Assembly (NCBI GenBank): GCA_907165135.1
Contig: OU015569.1
Coordinates: 8,556,001-8,620,000, forward strand
DNA: 64,000 nucleotides
Direction: 5' to 3'
DNA from: Oikopleura dioica
Lineage: Eukaryota; Animalia; Chordata
The translations under genes were made by a program, and so were the position numbers. The notes under the pieces were generated by a model. That model made no database searches and had not been told where the DNA came from. It saw only the letters and a program-made list of their open reading frames with translations. This document shows positions 39,401 through 52,554 of the stretch, one piece after another; position 1 is the first letter of the stretch; each line of letters begins with the position of its first letter.

Positions 39401-39980
39401 TGCAAATTATTCGCTTACATCTACGCACGTTAAGAAAATCGAAATCCCTATCATCAGCTGCTGCACCTGGTAGCTTTGACTTTGTTTTCTTTCCACCACA
39501 ACAACCGCAGCAGTTAGATGTCTCCTCAGAGTCCCCATCTTCTTCGCTATCTTAATAAATTTTTTGTCAGAAAGCATGCAAAGACAATACTCTTCCCGAC
39601 GAATAATTAGCGCTTGACGATAATCGTCTCTCTAAGGATGGGCATATATCATTCCTTCAAATTATCTCTCACATTCACTCCCTTTAAAATCAAGCTAATC
39701 ATATACAACGACCATGTTTTCCTATATCTGGTAAAATATACTGATATAATATCAGTGATATTACTGTTTGTTTCGGAAAACGGAGTAGGATAATCACTAC
39801 GAAATAAACGAACTATTTAATTCAGATAATAAATCTAGAAACCAGGATTACAAATTGATTTTCTACACGCAATCATCCCCTCTAATGGGATTATCCAGGC
39901 CTGGATTAATACATTTGGGTCGTACCGAACTGTGCAGTAACGAGTACTATTCCGAGTACTAGCGGTGGAAGAAGCCTCAT
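36443..39980 (-). CDS. GABRR: Cys-loop anion channel subunit, GABA-A rho (GABA-C)-like
   Basis: Signal MRLLPPLVLGIVLVTAQF (ATG 39980); TWTDPRL; LWVPDTY; IHKTTTAN..VLYSL; Cys loop CLMSLHNFPMDTETC; QSYFPAMIMVMLGGLTMWIDPKSVPARVSMGITTVLTISTIITG..PRVSY..DIYLW; M4 RLDFYFRYLYFLMFALFNAIYW. The PAR motif indicates an anion channel; STIITG and YFPA are rho-like. Confidence 0.88.
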
Positions 39981-40653
39981 GAATTAGTATTTCCTCCTCG
40001 TCGTTTCTTCCATTTCGCACTTTCTTCTCCTTTACTGCTCCATAACTTCGATTAATCTATGTGTTTAACAGCTGAACCTTTCGATTTGTTTGTATTTGCC
40101 TGTAGATTTCTCTGTCTATTATTAGTCTCTTGTTCCTCGCTCGCTCTTCGCTGCCAGTAGCTTCTTTTGCGCAACGCGTTGGGCCGCCTGCATCACACAG
40201 CGCCATCTGACGAGCATAATATGTTCCATAATACGATTCTGCGGTTTTAATTTTTAATTACTTTTATTTGTGAATTATTAATATTCCTGCAAATCCTTAA
40301 GCTGAGGAAATGCGTTAGACGTTTTGCAATGAGTTGAAACTTGCTCTGCTGAGGGCACATATTCCGAAAACTGTCTGTAACCAGAAAAGTCAAGAAGGCA
40401 CAAGCCCGAGTGAGAAGAAGGATGATCGTTTTATCACCAATGATCAGCATAATCTGACATAAAAGCGTAATCGATTTCGCTAGCTGACAATCGATCCCTG
40501 CCAAACTGGATATTCTCGGACATAAAAACTCTTATAGTGCTTAGCCTTTCTACTTTCCATTTGATATTCTTTTAATTCGACTTATGAGCTCAGGAGTAGA
40601 AAATTTAACGTACATTTGGTAAAAAAAGATTAGAATATTTTGATAATTCTGCA

Positions 40654-42815
40654 CTATGGTCCATGGAAGAGACAACATATTAGAAATATAATGGTGAGAA
40701 CTTGCGTAAAATTGATCTGCCTTCTGGATGCACGAGGGCTCCGTGCTTTGTATATTTCACTCGCCGGAGCCTCTCCCTCTCCTCCTTCAGCACACATCAT
40801 GGCGTGATTAATAATGAAAACGGACAGCTCGCCTGTTAACGAAAATATATTTTTCTGACATAAAATGATATACAAGTAAAAATAACGGCAATCGACACTT
40901 TCTTTGGTTGAAAATTTCGGCCGAGTCGTTTCTTATGTAACCCATTCTTTGATGCGATAAATATTACTCTGTAGTTCTTGAGTTTAAATTGCTCAAATCC
41001 AATAAAGTTCGCCCTTCATTAATAATTCTTTTTTAAACTGACGCAAGACTCTTTCTAAATCATTTCTTTTTTCAACCTATGTTAAAATGCTCCCAAGACC
41101 GTAAAATATCCAGTTTTCTTGACTGGGATGACCAAGAAATCCAGATGAATAAATTATGAATCCAAGAGGGTAACCAGTTCCTTCAACGAGCGCTTCGGAG
41201 CAATACGCCTTGACTACTTCGATCTACTTTCGACTACAGTAAGTGAAGTCTTAGCTACAACTAAAGATCAGTATGCCAACACGTGTATCAACTCTCCTGG
41301 AATAGAATACAGTGAACCCAGTAAAGACTCGTCGACGCAGTCGGTCATCAGCTTTCTAAGTGCCGGGATCGCTGCGTAGAATCCAAAAGTAAACTTAATC
41401 AAGGATTCAGCCTGTATAAGACATTTGGTCGATGAAATTCGAACGGAATCCCGTGACAGAGCAGTCAGATACAGATCTAGTTTTGATGAAGAAAAAGCGA
41501 TTCCCAAAGAGTTGCCGATCTGACATGTTATTCCCAGGGTAACGTAAACCCAAGGAGAGAGTTTCGGAAGAAAAAACTCCATTACAAGCATGAGAATACT
41601 GCATATTATTGCGCAGACACTCTGGAAGGTCGCAAAGGCGGTGATTTCTTTGGGACTGAAGCCAAAAGGGGGCGCCTAAAAATATAAGAACAATAATAAT
41701 CTTCAATAATCTATATTACCTCCAAATAAACATAGAGAATCAGCTTTGTCCCACCAAAGACAACAATGAAAACAAAGAAGAGAATCGTTAATGGAACGAC
41801 CAAAAATCCAGGCTTCTTGCTAATCCATATCGTTTTGAGACCCCGGAATACATCTTTCGCGACTTCCGTGGGTCTTTTCTCGGTAACAATGTCTATTCGC
41901 CAAAATACAGACACGTAGACTTAAAATGAATCTAGGACAACTCTTTTAAAACTCGCAAATTAATTCCTCCTAAGATTCAATCCTCTAACATAGAGCAGAA
42001 CAGAAAGAGCGACAAATACCCAAAGAACATATTTTATTCCATCTAGATTCCAGTTTTCCACAATAATTCCAATGAAAAAGCTACTCAAAGCGGCGATTTG
42101 GATAGCCACTTCCATGCTTATAATAAGAGGAAGTCGTAGTGGTGAATCAGATGGAACTTTTCCAGTAACTGTTGAGAAGCCAACAGAAAGGGTTGTTGCG
42201 AATCCACCGAACAGGTTCCAAGGTATAGTGCCATATGGAAAGAACTCAGGAGAAAGCTCAAATTGTACGATTATCAAATAAATTGCACAAGTGAGGAATT
42301 GGCCGACGCAGAGACATTGAAAGCACTTTCGCTGTCCAATGCTATCGGATAACGCGCTTTGATCGGTTAATTGGAGAATTGAGAAATTTTCGCTATCTCT
42401 CTAACCGAGACCCAATGAGAAACGTAAAGCAGCTCATCACAACTGAAATTGCGTTGCCCTTGCTTGTTATTATCGCGACTTGGTCAACAATGTTTTTGTA
42501 TATTTCACAGCGTTCACTATTCTCCGATTTGCAAATGCTGCCGATATTCGGTGGCAAACGTGCGTCTTTAATTAACTTCACATGAAATACACTAACACCG
42601 CAAGTTCTCCACAATCAATTTACAAAAACCAATCAAAATATTTCATCCTGCCTTAAATAACGGATACGAATTATTAAAGTACGTTGTTCCATAAATGACT
42701 ATTATCATCGAGAATACCATTGTATGCTCGAAGCCAAGTTTTGTCAGCGCAAGCTAAAACTGCACTAAAAATTAATCTTGAATCAAGCTTTTACTTTTAT
42801 TCTTGCTGATGACAT
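40654..42815 (-). CDS. MFS transporter, SLC46 (PCFT/HCP1)-like
   Basis: FLIGALSDSIGQRK (MFS motif A), multiple hydrophobic helices, LYVYLE|APPFGFS, IPALRKLMTDCVDESLLGSLYS (resembles the SLC46 C-half). The 3' end is approximate. Confidence 0.72.
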
Positions 42816-43076
42816 TTTCTTCTCTATCGTTTTTTCGAAAAATATGAAAGAAAAACAAAATCGACAACAGATTCTGTTCATGTGCGATGAGTAAATATCA
42901 GTTTTTTGAAATGCAGTTTTGTCTCTTCACCGGATGACAATTTTTAAAGGCCCATATAAATATGCCTGCATTATTTTACACGTGATCTTCGAATCATTAT
43001 CACACCTTTCATCAATCATATAATAATATATTAGATAAATAAGTCAGCAAAGAAGAGAAAAAGTAGACAAGAAAAA

Positions 43077-44359
43077 CTAAGCACCTTGAAGCAAGATGGC
43101 TCCTCCGCCGCCCCCGCCGTTGCAAATAGCCGCCATGCCGATCTGGCCTGGTAGTAGTCGTAGAGCTAGACGGCCGGTTATTCTAGCACCAGAGCATCCG
43201 AAAGGATGTCCTAACGATATCGCTCCCCCGTTCGCGTTCATTTTCTCTCTTGGAATAGTAAACCGTTTCTCGACAGCAATAACAACAGAGGCAAACGCTG
43301 AAGAGTCTTTAATACAAACTATTTCTTCTGATCTCACCTTCATTAACTTCCCAGTGATCGATTTGCTCTGCAGAGAGGTTATACTTGTCAAGAGCCTTTT
43401 CAACTGCAAAGTTTACTGCTTCTGTGAAATTAAACGATTCCGTCGCCGCATCAGCATGTCCAATTATTTTAGCAAGAGGCTTCAGGTTGAGTTTTTGCAT
43501 GGCTTCTGCAGAAACAACAAGAACTGCACAAGCGCCATCACTCAATTTCGATGTATTTCCGGCGGTAATTGACGCAACTTCTGGCTTATCAAAGAGAGCT
43601 CGAACTTTAGCGAAATCTTCCGGCATATTTTCGATTTCCTCGTCAACTGCAAGTACCGTCTTTCCATCAATAAGTACAGGGGACACTTCTGTGAAGGAGC
43701 CTTTCGACCATGCTTCACGAGCCCTTTTGTAGCTCATTGATGCGTATTCGTCTTGTTCCTCCCTGGTTATCCCTAACTTTTGGACAATCTTTTCTGCACA
43801 TGTGCCCATATGCCAGCCTATGAGAATAAAAGTCACTTTTGAAAATTGATCGTAGTCAACCAGTAAATGAATCTGTCAGCCCGTCATTCATAAGAAGGTC
43901 AACCATCTTATCACCGCCGTATTTGGGTGGATTCCGGCCGATTGCGAAAGGGGCCATTGACATCGATTCTTGACCGCCAGCAAGAACGACATTGTTGTGG
44001 CCGGCGACAATAGTATCGTACGCCAGTTGGATAGCTTTCATGCTAGAGGCGCATACTTTGTTAACTGTTGTGCATGGAGTTTTGTTCGAGATGCCAGCAT
44101 TCAGGGCTGCCTGCTTCGCCGGAGCTTGTCCCAGTCCACCCTGAAGGACGTTCCCGAAAAACTTCATCAATCTGATCAGGCTTCACATCTGTTTTCTCAA
44201 GCAAACCCTTGATGGCCAAGGTTCCTGAATTAAATTAATAACATATTTATTGTGGCAAGGCAAACCAAGATCAGTCGCCGTGAACTTTCTTAATTTTGAT
44301 TTAAAACTGCCAAGAGGGGTGCGATTAACTGCAGCAATATAAACGTCTCTACTGCCCAT
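43077..44359 (-). CDS. ACAT1: Acetyl-CoA acetyltransferase (thiolase II), ACAT1/ERG10-type, copy A (3 introns; apparent frameshift at 44157-44161)
   Basis: [20 protein letters not shown] (catalytic Cys), NE|[24 protein letters not shown]. Confidence 0.9.
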
Positions 44360-44653
44360 GATAATTGGAGTCTATGAGAGCTCGAAAAACATATCTCAGT
44401 CCGAATTCCATGCGTAAATATTTGAGCCAAATAAGAAACTCCCCTTTTCTAGAGTTGACCTCGATTAAACACTGAAGAAGTCCTTCGAAAAAATAATCTT
44501 CGGAGAAAGAAAATTATTTTCGAACATAAATTAAATTCAGTAAATCCAAATAAGATTTATTAATGAAAAATTAATCACAGTAGTCCATATCTGTAAGTAA
44601 CTGAAGGCAGTGGCAGCTACATGAAGTGTCGCGGCAGTTTTTTTTTCATCAGG

Positions 44654-47600
44654 TTAGACCACCTGGAAGACGGCGCCGTTCATTGTCAGCTTTGTAGGTC
44701 TTGAATGTATTCTTATCTCCTTGCCAAAAGTTTCCCGTGGTGGAAGACTGGTTGGGGTTGGCTCCGACGTGTTGGCGCGAATATTTTCGTAGATCGGTTG
44801 TCCGGAAGAGTCCTCTTCTTCTGATTGAAATAACTCCTCTGTTCTGATCCAGTTTTGATCCCAGTAGAAATCCTCACTTAAAACTGATAAGAATCACTCT
44901 TTAAATATTATCCCGCGTTCCTAGATCGAGTGCAAATTTATTTCAGAACCAATTTATTTTTGGAATAATAAAACACTAACGGAATCGAATACTTACACTA
45001 AAGACTCAGACTCATGCTGATCGGGGTTCCTTTCCAAATCATGCAATGTGCGGAGTCTCGTTACATTCACTTTCTTCTTTCGATTGCAGATTTTAGTCAA
45101 CGTTTTCAGTGTTTCACGGAAGGGATGATTGAGTTGTCGGAACTCTGGTCTGTACTTTGAGCAGAGCTCTTTCAACGGGTCAATCGTGTGAACAATAGCG
45201 ATCTCCACAACTTCCAACCTTGAAGAATTTGGATTCACAACATCATCCAGAGTCGGCAGCACGACGTTTTTTTGGAAGTAATCGCTTGCAATATCTTTTG
45301 ATAGTTTTAAAAATAATTTCTGGAACATAAAAAACAGAAAGACCGCTTAAAAAGTAAAACTTTTCCTTTATTGTGATCAGGCCTTATAATTGATTCTTCT
45401 CTGCTTCCAAACTTTGTTTCATGTATATTTACATGATGCCTTTCCGTCGGAACGCGTTTCTTTGGTTTCACTTTCTTTGAGAAATATGATGCCAGATTTA
45501 TTGAAGTTAGTTCGAGATCGTTCGAAAATGACAGATATCGAGAAGCATTGTAAAATTTTGGCATCACGAGTTGTATCAAAATCTCCGATGAGATCGACTC
45601 GACCTTCCACTCGAAGTACGAGAACGTTGAAAGTATCTCATGAAGCTTAGAAAGGGCGTGACCTTGAACCTCAGATGGAATCTGTTGCTCTTTTATCGCT
45701 TTATATTGTTAAAAATTAAATAGTCCGTGAACAATCATCACAATCAAATCAACAAAATTTTCAACGAGCCTGGAAGTTGATGGCAGTAGTAATCGGTGTG
45801 TGTCAACAGATCGCCCAAATTATCAGCGTAAGTCTCCTCATCGATATAACAAGGGTAGTTGATAATCTCCATGTGGTGCCATCGGTATTTCATTCTACCC
45901 CAGACGCTCTTTGGCAAGAATTTAAGCAGGAACGCGATGTCGCTATTCGGTCTTTTTTGTTTTAAAAGTTGGACGATTGTACTGACGTATCTTCGGAAGT
46001 ACGCGAACATCTCTCTGCGTTCATCCTTATCTGCCATTCTCCAGAGACGGCAAAAATACCCAAGAAGCTCAACACAATAAAGGACGACCTCCTGCCGAAG
46101 CACTTCGCTCACAAAAAGGTCGTTATGGACAGAAGACCAGAGCTTAATGCCAAATGATTGGGAAAACTTGCGCTTGAAGAGAATATCTATGACACTAAAG
46201 TAGCTGTTGAGTGATTGAAATCGTCGAATTAATATTTACCGAATCGTTTCGTAGAAGAAATGCGCCTTGAGCACAGGAACACACAGTTGCATCAAAAAGT
46301 TATACTGCGATGCCGGGAAGAGGATCCAGTGAAAGTTTTCTTCACGCGGGTTCGCCTCGAATTTATCCGCAGCGAGGTAAAAGCAAGAGATTTGAGTCTG
46401 CGCCTTTTCGCACAGCGGCTGATGGAGCACTCGACAAACACCACGAGCCACCTCTTTGAGTATGAATGGAGGATATCGCTGATTTACGGGTCTTCCCTAG
46501 AACATGACTGTATATCGAGGTTTTGAAATGTCCAGCTTACCTGGTTTTGGGAGGGCTGGATCATGTGTTCAACTACCATGGGTTGACTCGTTCCGGGCTC
46601 AGGTTCGTTTATGTTATCTCGTAGATCCATAAAAAGATCAAAAAAGTGTTCTTTGAGAGCAAGTCGTGCATCCCAATCGCCTTCAAGAACCATGCGGCAG
46701 TATGCGTCTCCAAAAGGTTCGTTCAGAAATACAGTTTGTTTCCCAAGCGAAAATCGATTATTTAAAGCGCCGAGGGTCGTCATCGCATTGCGCTCCCCAT
46801 TCTCTTCTTCGTTTCCTTGCTTAATTGCAATAATGAAGAACTTCAACGCTTCCTGGATCTGGCGGTATGAGAGCTTGCTATACTGGCAGAGATACGCATA
46901 AATAAACTTAATTAAAAGCGGCAAGTCTCCGAAGGCGATATCATACTTGAATCTTCTCTTAGGTTCAATCGGGTGTCGTTCGTTGTAGACAGGCAGATAG
47001 ACCAGACGGAGAAGATTTTCAAATGCATCACACGCATTCTCATCGTCCTTATGGGCATGGTAGATAGTAAGAAGCTTTGCACACAATTGAGGTCCAACTA
47101 CAGGGTAGGTAGTTACTCTCGCTAGTGCAGGCCCGAGTTTCTTAGAAACATGCCTTGTGCTCTCGACTTTGCCCACATCACTGATCAGATATCGTGGACA
47201 TTTTTCTACTGGCGCGAAGAGGTCATCGACTTCCTTGTAAAGCACGTCGCGGGGCAAATTGAACAGGGCACCAGATGCCATAAGCATCGCATTTGGATGA
47301 ATGCATGATGAATTTTCGTCAATATTAAAAATCATTGACGAGAGCGGCACAAATAGGTCCGAATTCTGTGAAAGTCCGAGGATGGACACCAATGTGCTGG
47401 CGTATCTGGCCATGCAGGTTCCCATAAATGGAATCCATCTTGGGTCATCATCATGATCTTTGTAATGTTTTCGCTTCCATACTGTCCTTATCCTTACATC
47501 CATCATCCCCTTCTCCACAAGCGTTTTGCTCATCACGTCTAGAATTTTCGACTCAGCTGTCTTCAGGAGAGACGGAAAAAATTCCAGGATCTTTAAACAA

Positions 47601-50600
47601 CCTGCTGCTGCCGTCGTGTGTCTTATAAATGGCTTGTGGCCGACTTCAATTTCGACCGGGTTCGCATCGGATGCAATGATAGCTTCCAATATATTTATGA
47701 ACATGTCTTCGCCAGCGATTGGTAAAAGTTTCAAAAGGACCTTCTTCACGTATTTGCGGTCGCTTTGAAGTTCATCGACGTAACATGCAATCGAAACTAC
47801 TTCGTTCCATAAAGATGGGTCGAAAGAGATGAAGTTTTCCAGAAAATTCCACTTGATAGATCGCAAGTATTTGTCGACATCTTCGAGATGGAAATGATAT
47901 ATAAGTCTCCATATTCGAGGATCGGTGAATCTTCTGTTATTCTTGAACGGTAAAAAAAGCAGCTGTAAAATAGTTTTTGATAGTTTAAGGCGTTTATTTT
48001 CGGGTTTTGATAGGTCGAATAGTGACATGAACTCGTAAATTTTTCCAAGCAATCTTTCGAAGTGGATAAAGTCAGCTTTTGTCCATTTTTTCGGCTCTCG
48101 AATCTGAGGAACAGAAGCAATCGGGAAGTCGAGCACAGTTTCGAACAGGGATGAAATTATCTCAACTTCTTTATCAGAAGCTTGTTTTGGCAGAGCCTTG
48201 CACGGAATATAGATCGTTCCTTCGATTCCAGCCTTCAATCTGTACGGGAGTGCAACTTGGATAACTTCGTCTGAGTGGCAAAAATTGCACAGAATGGCTT
48301 CCGCGAAGAGAAAAGTCAGATGCCTAGTTCCGGAGAAATTGAATGTAGTCTGTAGTAAGTTACGGAGAGCCTGTAGAATTGTATCTGGTAAGTTGATAGG
48401 GTCTTTCCGATGAAGGAGGAAATTCGCCAGCTTTTGAATTCCAAGGGCGAAGAGAGACGATTGTTCATACAAAAAAGTCCTGATTTTCCGTATAAGAGAG
48501 AAAATATCGTTCGGTAGCTTCTGATTCTTCTCCAACGATTCTTTTGCAGCTTTGATAGCAACACTTAAATTATTGCATTCGAAAATAGCTTCGTGTCCGC
48601 GAAGTTGAGTGAAAATCAAGAGGATGGATTCACCGAGCTTGCCCTCGAAGGTGTTATCGTTCCTCTTCATAAGAAGGAAGTTGAGCAGATTAGCACAAGC
48701 AGTGAAATGGAGGTTGCTAAATTTGTCCGGAACGTATAAGTTAACAAGCGAGTTTGAGAGTAGTTTTGCGTTCGTAGGGTCGGGAGTTGTTTCTGGAGCG
48801 AGGTACATAAGCTGGCTTATGAATTTTTCAAAGAAGGATATCATCAAGGAATCGTCGCGGATAAACTCGAAGCAAGCATTTAGGAATGACAGGAATGTAT
48901 TGGAATCAAGAGACTTCGTCGAAAGGCCAAATAGTAATCCCGAGACGGCGACAGTGATGAGTGATTTTGCGTTACCTAGTTTGGACGAAAGAATCTCTGT
49001 CAAAAGTTGAAACCAAGTAGAAATGTCATGCGCGCAGCCTTTCTCTTGTTGCAGGAGTTCCTTCTGGAATATTTCTAACATTTGGAAGATGGTTGAGGGT
49101 AACGCAGGAGAGTGATTTTCTCGAGCAAGCTTAATCACATCGAAGACGAGCTTGATTGTGTCGTTGAAATACGGTTTGCCCTCCGCATACTTCGCAGCAA
49201 CAAGTTTTTCGTGTGCTGGATGCATTTTTTTTCTAGTAGACTCACGAAAACAGTAGCCAGGCGCATCATTTTCTTTGTTCTCTTCTTTCATGTCAATATC
49301 GTACTCGTGCTGCCCCATGTTCGCGCCGAGAAGATTGAAATTCTGCTTTTCGTCGAGCACTCTAACGCAGGAAAGCGCGTGTCGAAAGAAGCCGAAAACG
49401 TGGTCTTTCGCGTATTTCGTATGCGCAATTTTCTCAGCGCATAGGATTAATCGACCGACTCCGAGTAGGTCCGACTCCGATAAATCCAACATATAGGCAA
49501 CTGTCGATGATGAATGGTCGAGAAGTTTTCCAATACTGTGCACCAAGGTAATATTTTTAATCGACTGTTGTTTGTCCCAATGGATACGTGTTCGCGCCAG
49601 GATTCTCAAAAGCACCTTGCATACTCGTTCAGCCTGGAAGTTAAAAATTACAACGAGGTCTTCTCTTCCGATTGACGATGGGGGAAATTGGGGCATGCAA
49701 TCGCGTAAGACGTCAGATTGAGTCGAATGAAACGAAGAATCGAAGGAGGTCTCTCCTTCGTACTCATCTTGATTCTTTGTTCTAGGCTCGCGCTTTCGGC
49801 CAACTTTGAATCGATAACCGTGGCGGTCGGTGAACGCTGACTTTCGGATCTCATTGATGGTTGGAAATTGGTCAATGTCGCCTTCGGGACTCTCGAGGAG
49901 CCACCATATCTTCGTAAAAGTGCCTCTGAGGATCGAGTTATCTCCATTTCGGAAATCATCGCTGATCTCCGTGAAATTATCAGACAGCGTCTCTGCAAAC
50001 CGAAGCAATTCTACATTGTCCTTAGCGCTCAAGAAGTAAATCCAGCTGGTTATGAAGTCGACGAACATATTCTCCAAAAGCGCGTATTCATGTCCATAAT
50101 TGTCTTTATGCCAATAAGTGATCATGAGTATGGTATTCTTTAACAGCTGTCGGACGAGAGCGGTTATTTGACGGCTGCGATGTACATAAATATCTACGGA
50201 TTGGTCCCAATCCTGCGACATTGGCTCAGATTTCGCCGAGAAATCGGACATTCTACTGCAAACAGTTGGAGGTACATCCCTCTTCTCCGTTCCCATCGCC
50301 GTGTAAATCTCCCCTCTATCCATTGAAATAATATTCTGCAAGTAAACCTTCATGTAACGTAAAACCGCTTAAAATTGATTACTATTGAGAAATTTTAATA
50401 CAACGAACCGGCATATGTAGTCCGTGTATAGAGGATTTGATTGCGAGCGTACTCCTTACTTCCAGGCTTCAGTTTGTTAATAATTCCACGCTCCTGGAGA
50501 TATCCAGCACATGTCACTCGCAGAACGTAACGCGAAAACCTTTTCCAAAGCAGTGTAGTCCTCAGCACAGGGTCGATTTGGAACTGACTATCCAGCACGT

Positions 50601-50990
50601 CTATAAAATCCTTTTGATCCACGCTCTCTTGAGTCGACCTCTCGTCCGACCTTGAGCGATTGTTGGGCGATGATGGAGCAGTGCGTTGCTGACCCATATC
50701 TTCATCTTGAATCCTCGAGATCGCATGGGGCATAAGATGTTTCTTCCTGAACATGCCAGTGTTCAGGAAGGGACCAGCCGATTCCAATTCTATAATTATA
50801 GTGAATAATACTTGCGCATATTTGAAAATAATTTAGTAATATAGACAGATAGGCAGTTGGAAATTCTCTTTGAAGAAACACATCCAAAATAGAGTCAGAC
50901 TGGAATAAAAAATTCGACGGATGACTTTTATCTATTTCGACCAATAAAACCCTTGCCGGTGATTTCTCTGTAGCCAATGAGGATCGACAT
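44654..50990 (-). CDS. Very large (~2000 aa) Leu-rich, probably alpha-solenoid protein of unknown family with one ~3.8-kb exon
   Basis: The 1289-codon ORF 46484-50353 splices in frame to upstream (50395-50787) and downstream exons (46236-46490, 45770-46190, 45361-45698, 44996-45320, ~44654-44876). No catalytic motif recognised; start codon uncertain. Confidence 0.8.
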
Positions 50991-51260
50991 CAATGATTTC
51001 AGATGGCAGAGGATTTTTCTGTGATTGACAATCCGTGAGGCCCTGTACAGTACAGGCTGTACTGTGTTGAGCGAGCTACCAGCCTAAAATAAAGAGGCGC
51101 AAGCGAGCGCCTGCGAGAATTAAAATCGTATTTCAAGCTTTTTCTTTAGAATTTTTCTTTTAGAAATAAATTTCCAGCGTATGAAATCAGTGAAGTTTAT
51201 TGAATCAAGTTGAACGAAAATATCATTTTCGAATAGATAATTGGAAAAATTGAACTTAAA

Positions 51261-52501
51261 TTAAATTCCTTGAAGAACTATGGCTCCTCCTCCACCGCCG
51301 CCGTTGCAAATTGCCGCAATGCCAAATTCGCCAGGCTTAAGCCTCATTGCCAAGCGTGCTGTGATTCGTGCGCCAGAACAGCCAAAAGGATGACCAAGCG
51401 AAATTGCACCTCCGAATGGATTCATCTTTTCACGAGGGACATTGAACGCTCTTTCCACGGCGATAACCACGGATGCAAAGGCTTAATATAATTTAAACCA
51501 GTTTCGAATTCTACAAAGGGAAACCTTCATTGATCTCCCAGTGGTCAATTTGGTTTGCAGTAAGGTTATACTTCTTGAGAGCCTTTTCAATCGCGAAGTT
51601 GACTGCTTCAGTAAAATTGAATGGCTCCGTCGCTGCATCTGCGTGGCCCACGATTTGAGCGACAGGGTTAAATGAATTTTCGAGAACAGCGGCTTCTGAT
51701 GAGAGTAAAAGTGCGCAAGCGCCATCTCCCAATTTTGACGTGTTTCCAGCGGTAATTGAGGCAACCTCCGGTTTATCAAAGATTGCTCGGATCGCAGAGA
51801 AGTCTTGCGGCAATTTTTCGAATTCCTCGTCACGAGAAATCGTTTTGCCGTTGACTTCGATAGGAGAAACTTCAGACAAACATCCGTTAGCCCATGCTTC
51901 TTTTGCTCGTTTGTAACTCATTGAAGCGTACTCGTCTTGCTCATCCCTAGTGATGTTCAGTTTTTGAACAATTTTCTCGGCGCAAGTTCCCATGTGCATG
52001 CCAGTAAATGAGTCAGTTAGCCCATCGTTGTTGATGAGATCGATCATTCTATCGCCTCCATATGTGGGTTCTCTACGACTCACTGCAAAGGGAACAGATG
52101 ACATTGATTCTTGCCCACCGGAAAGAACTAACTCGTTGTGCCCGGCAATGATTGTGTCGTAACCTAATTGAATAGCTTTCATTCCGGATGCGCAGACCTT
52201 GTTCACTGTAGTGCAAGGGGTTCTGTTGCAAATTCCAGCATTCAAGGCTGCTTGTCTTGCTGGTGCTTGTCCTATGCCACCTTGGAGAACGTTTCCAAAG
52301 AAGACTTCATCTATTTGGGTCGGGGCTACTCTTGTCCTTGCCAGAAGTCCTTTTATCGCCAAAGAGCCTTAATTTGCAATAGAAACTGATGGTTTTCCTC
52401 ATTTTACCTAGTTCTGGAGCCGAAAGGGTCTTCAAACGTCCCTGAAAAGATCCAAGTGGAGTGCGGTTGGCGGCCACAATAAAGACGCTTCTTTTACTCA
52501 T
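51261..52501 (-). CDS. ACAT1: Acetyl-CoA acetyltransferase (thiolase II), ACAT1/ERG10-type, copy B (2 introns, intact)
   Basis: [54 protein letters not shown]|[18 protein letters not shown]. Confidence 0.93.
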
Positions 52502-52554
52502 CTTTCTGAACTGAACCCATGTTGGAGAAGGCTGGAAAAATGAAATTTGTACAA

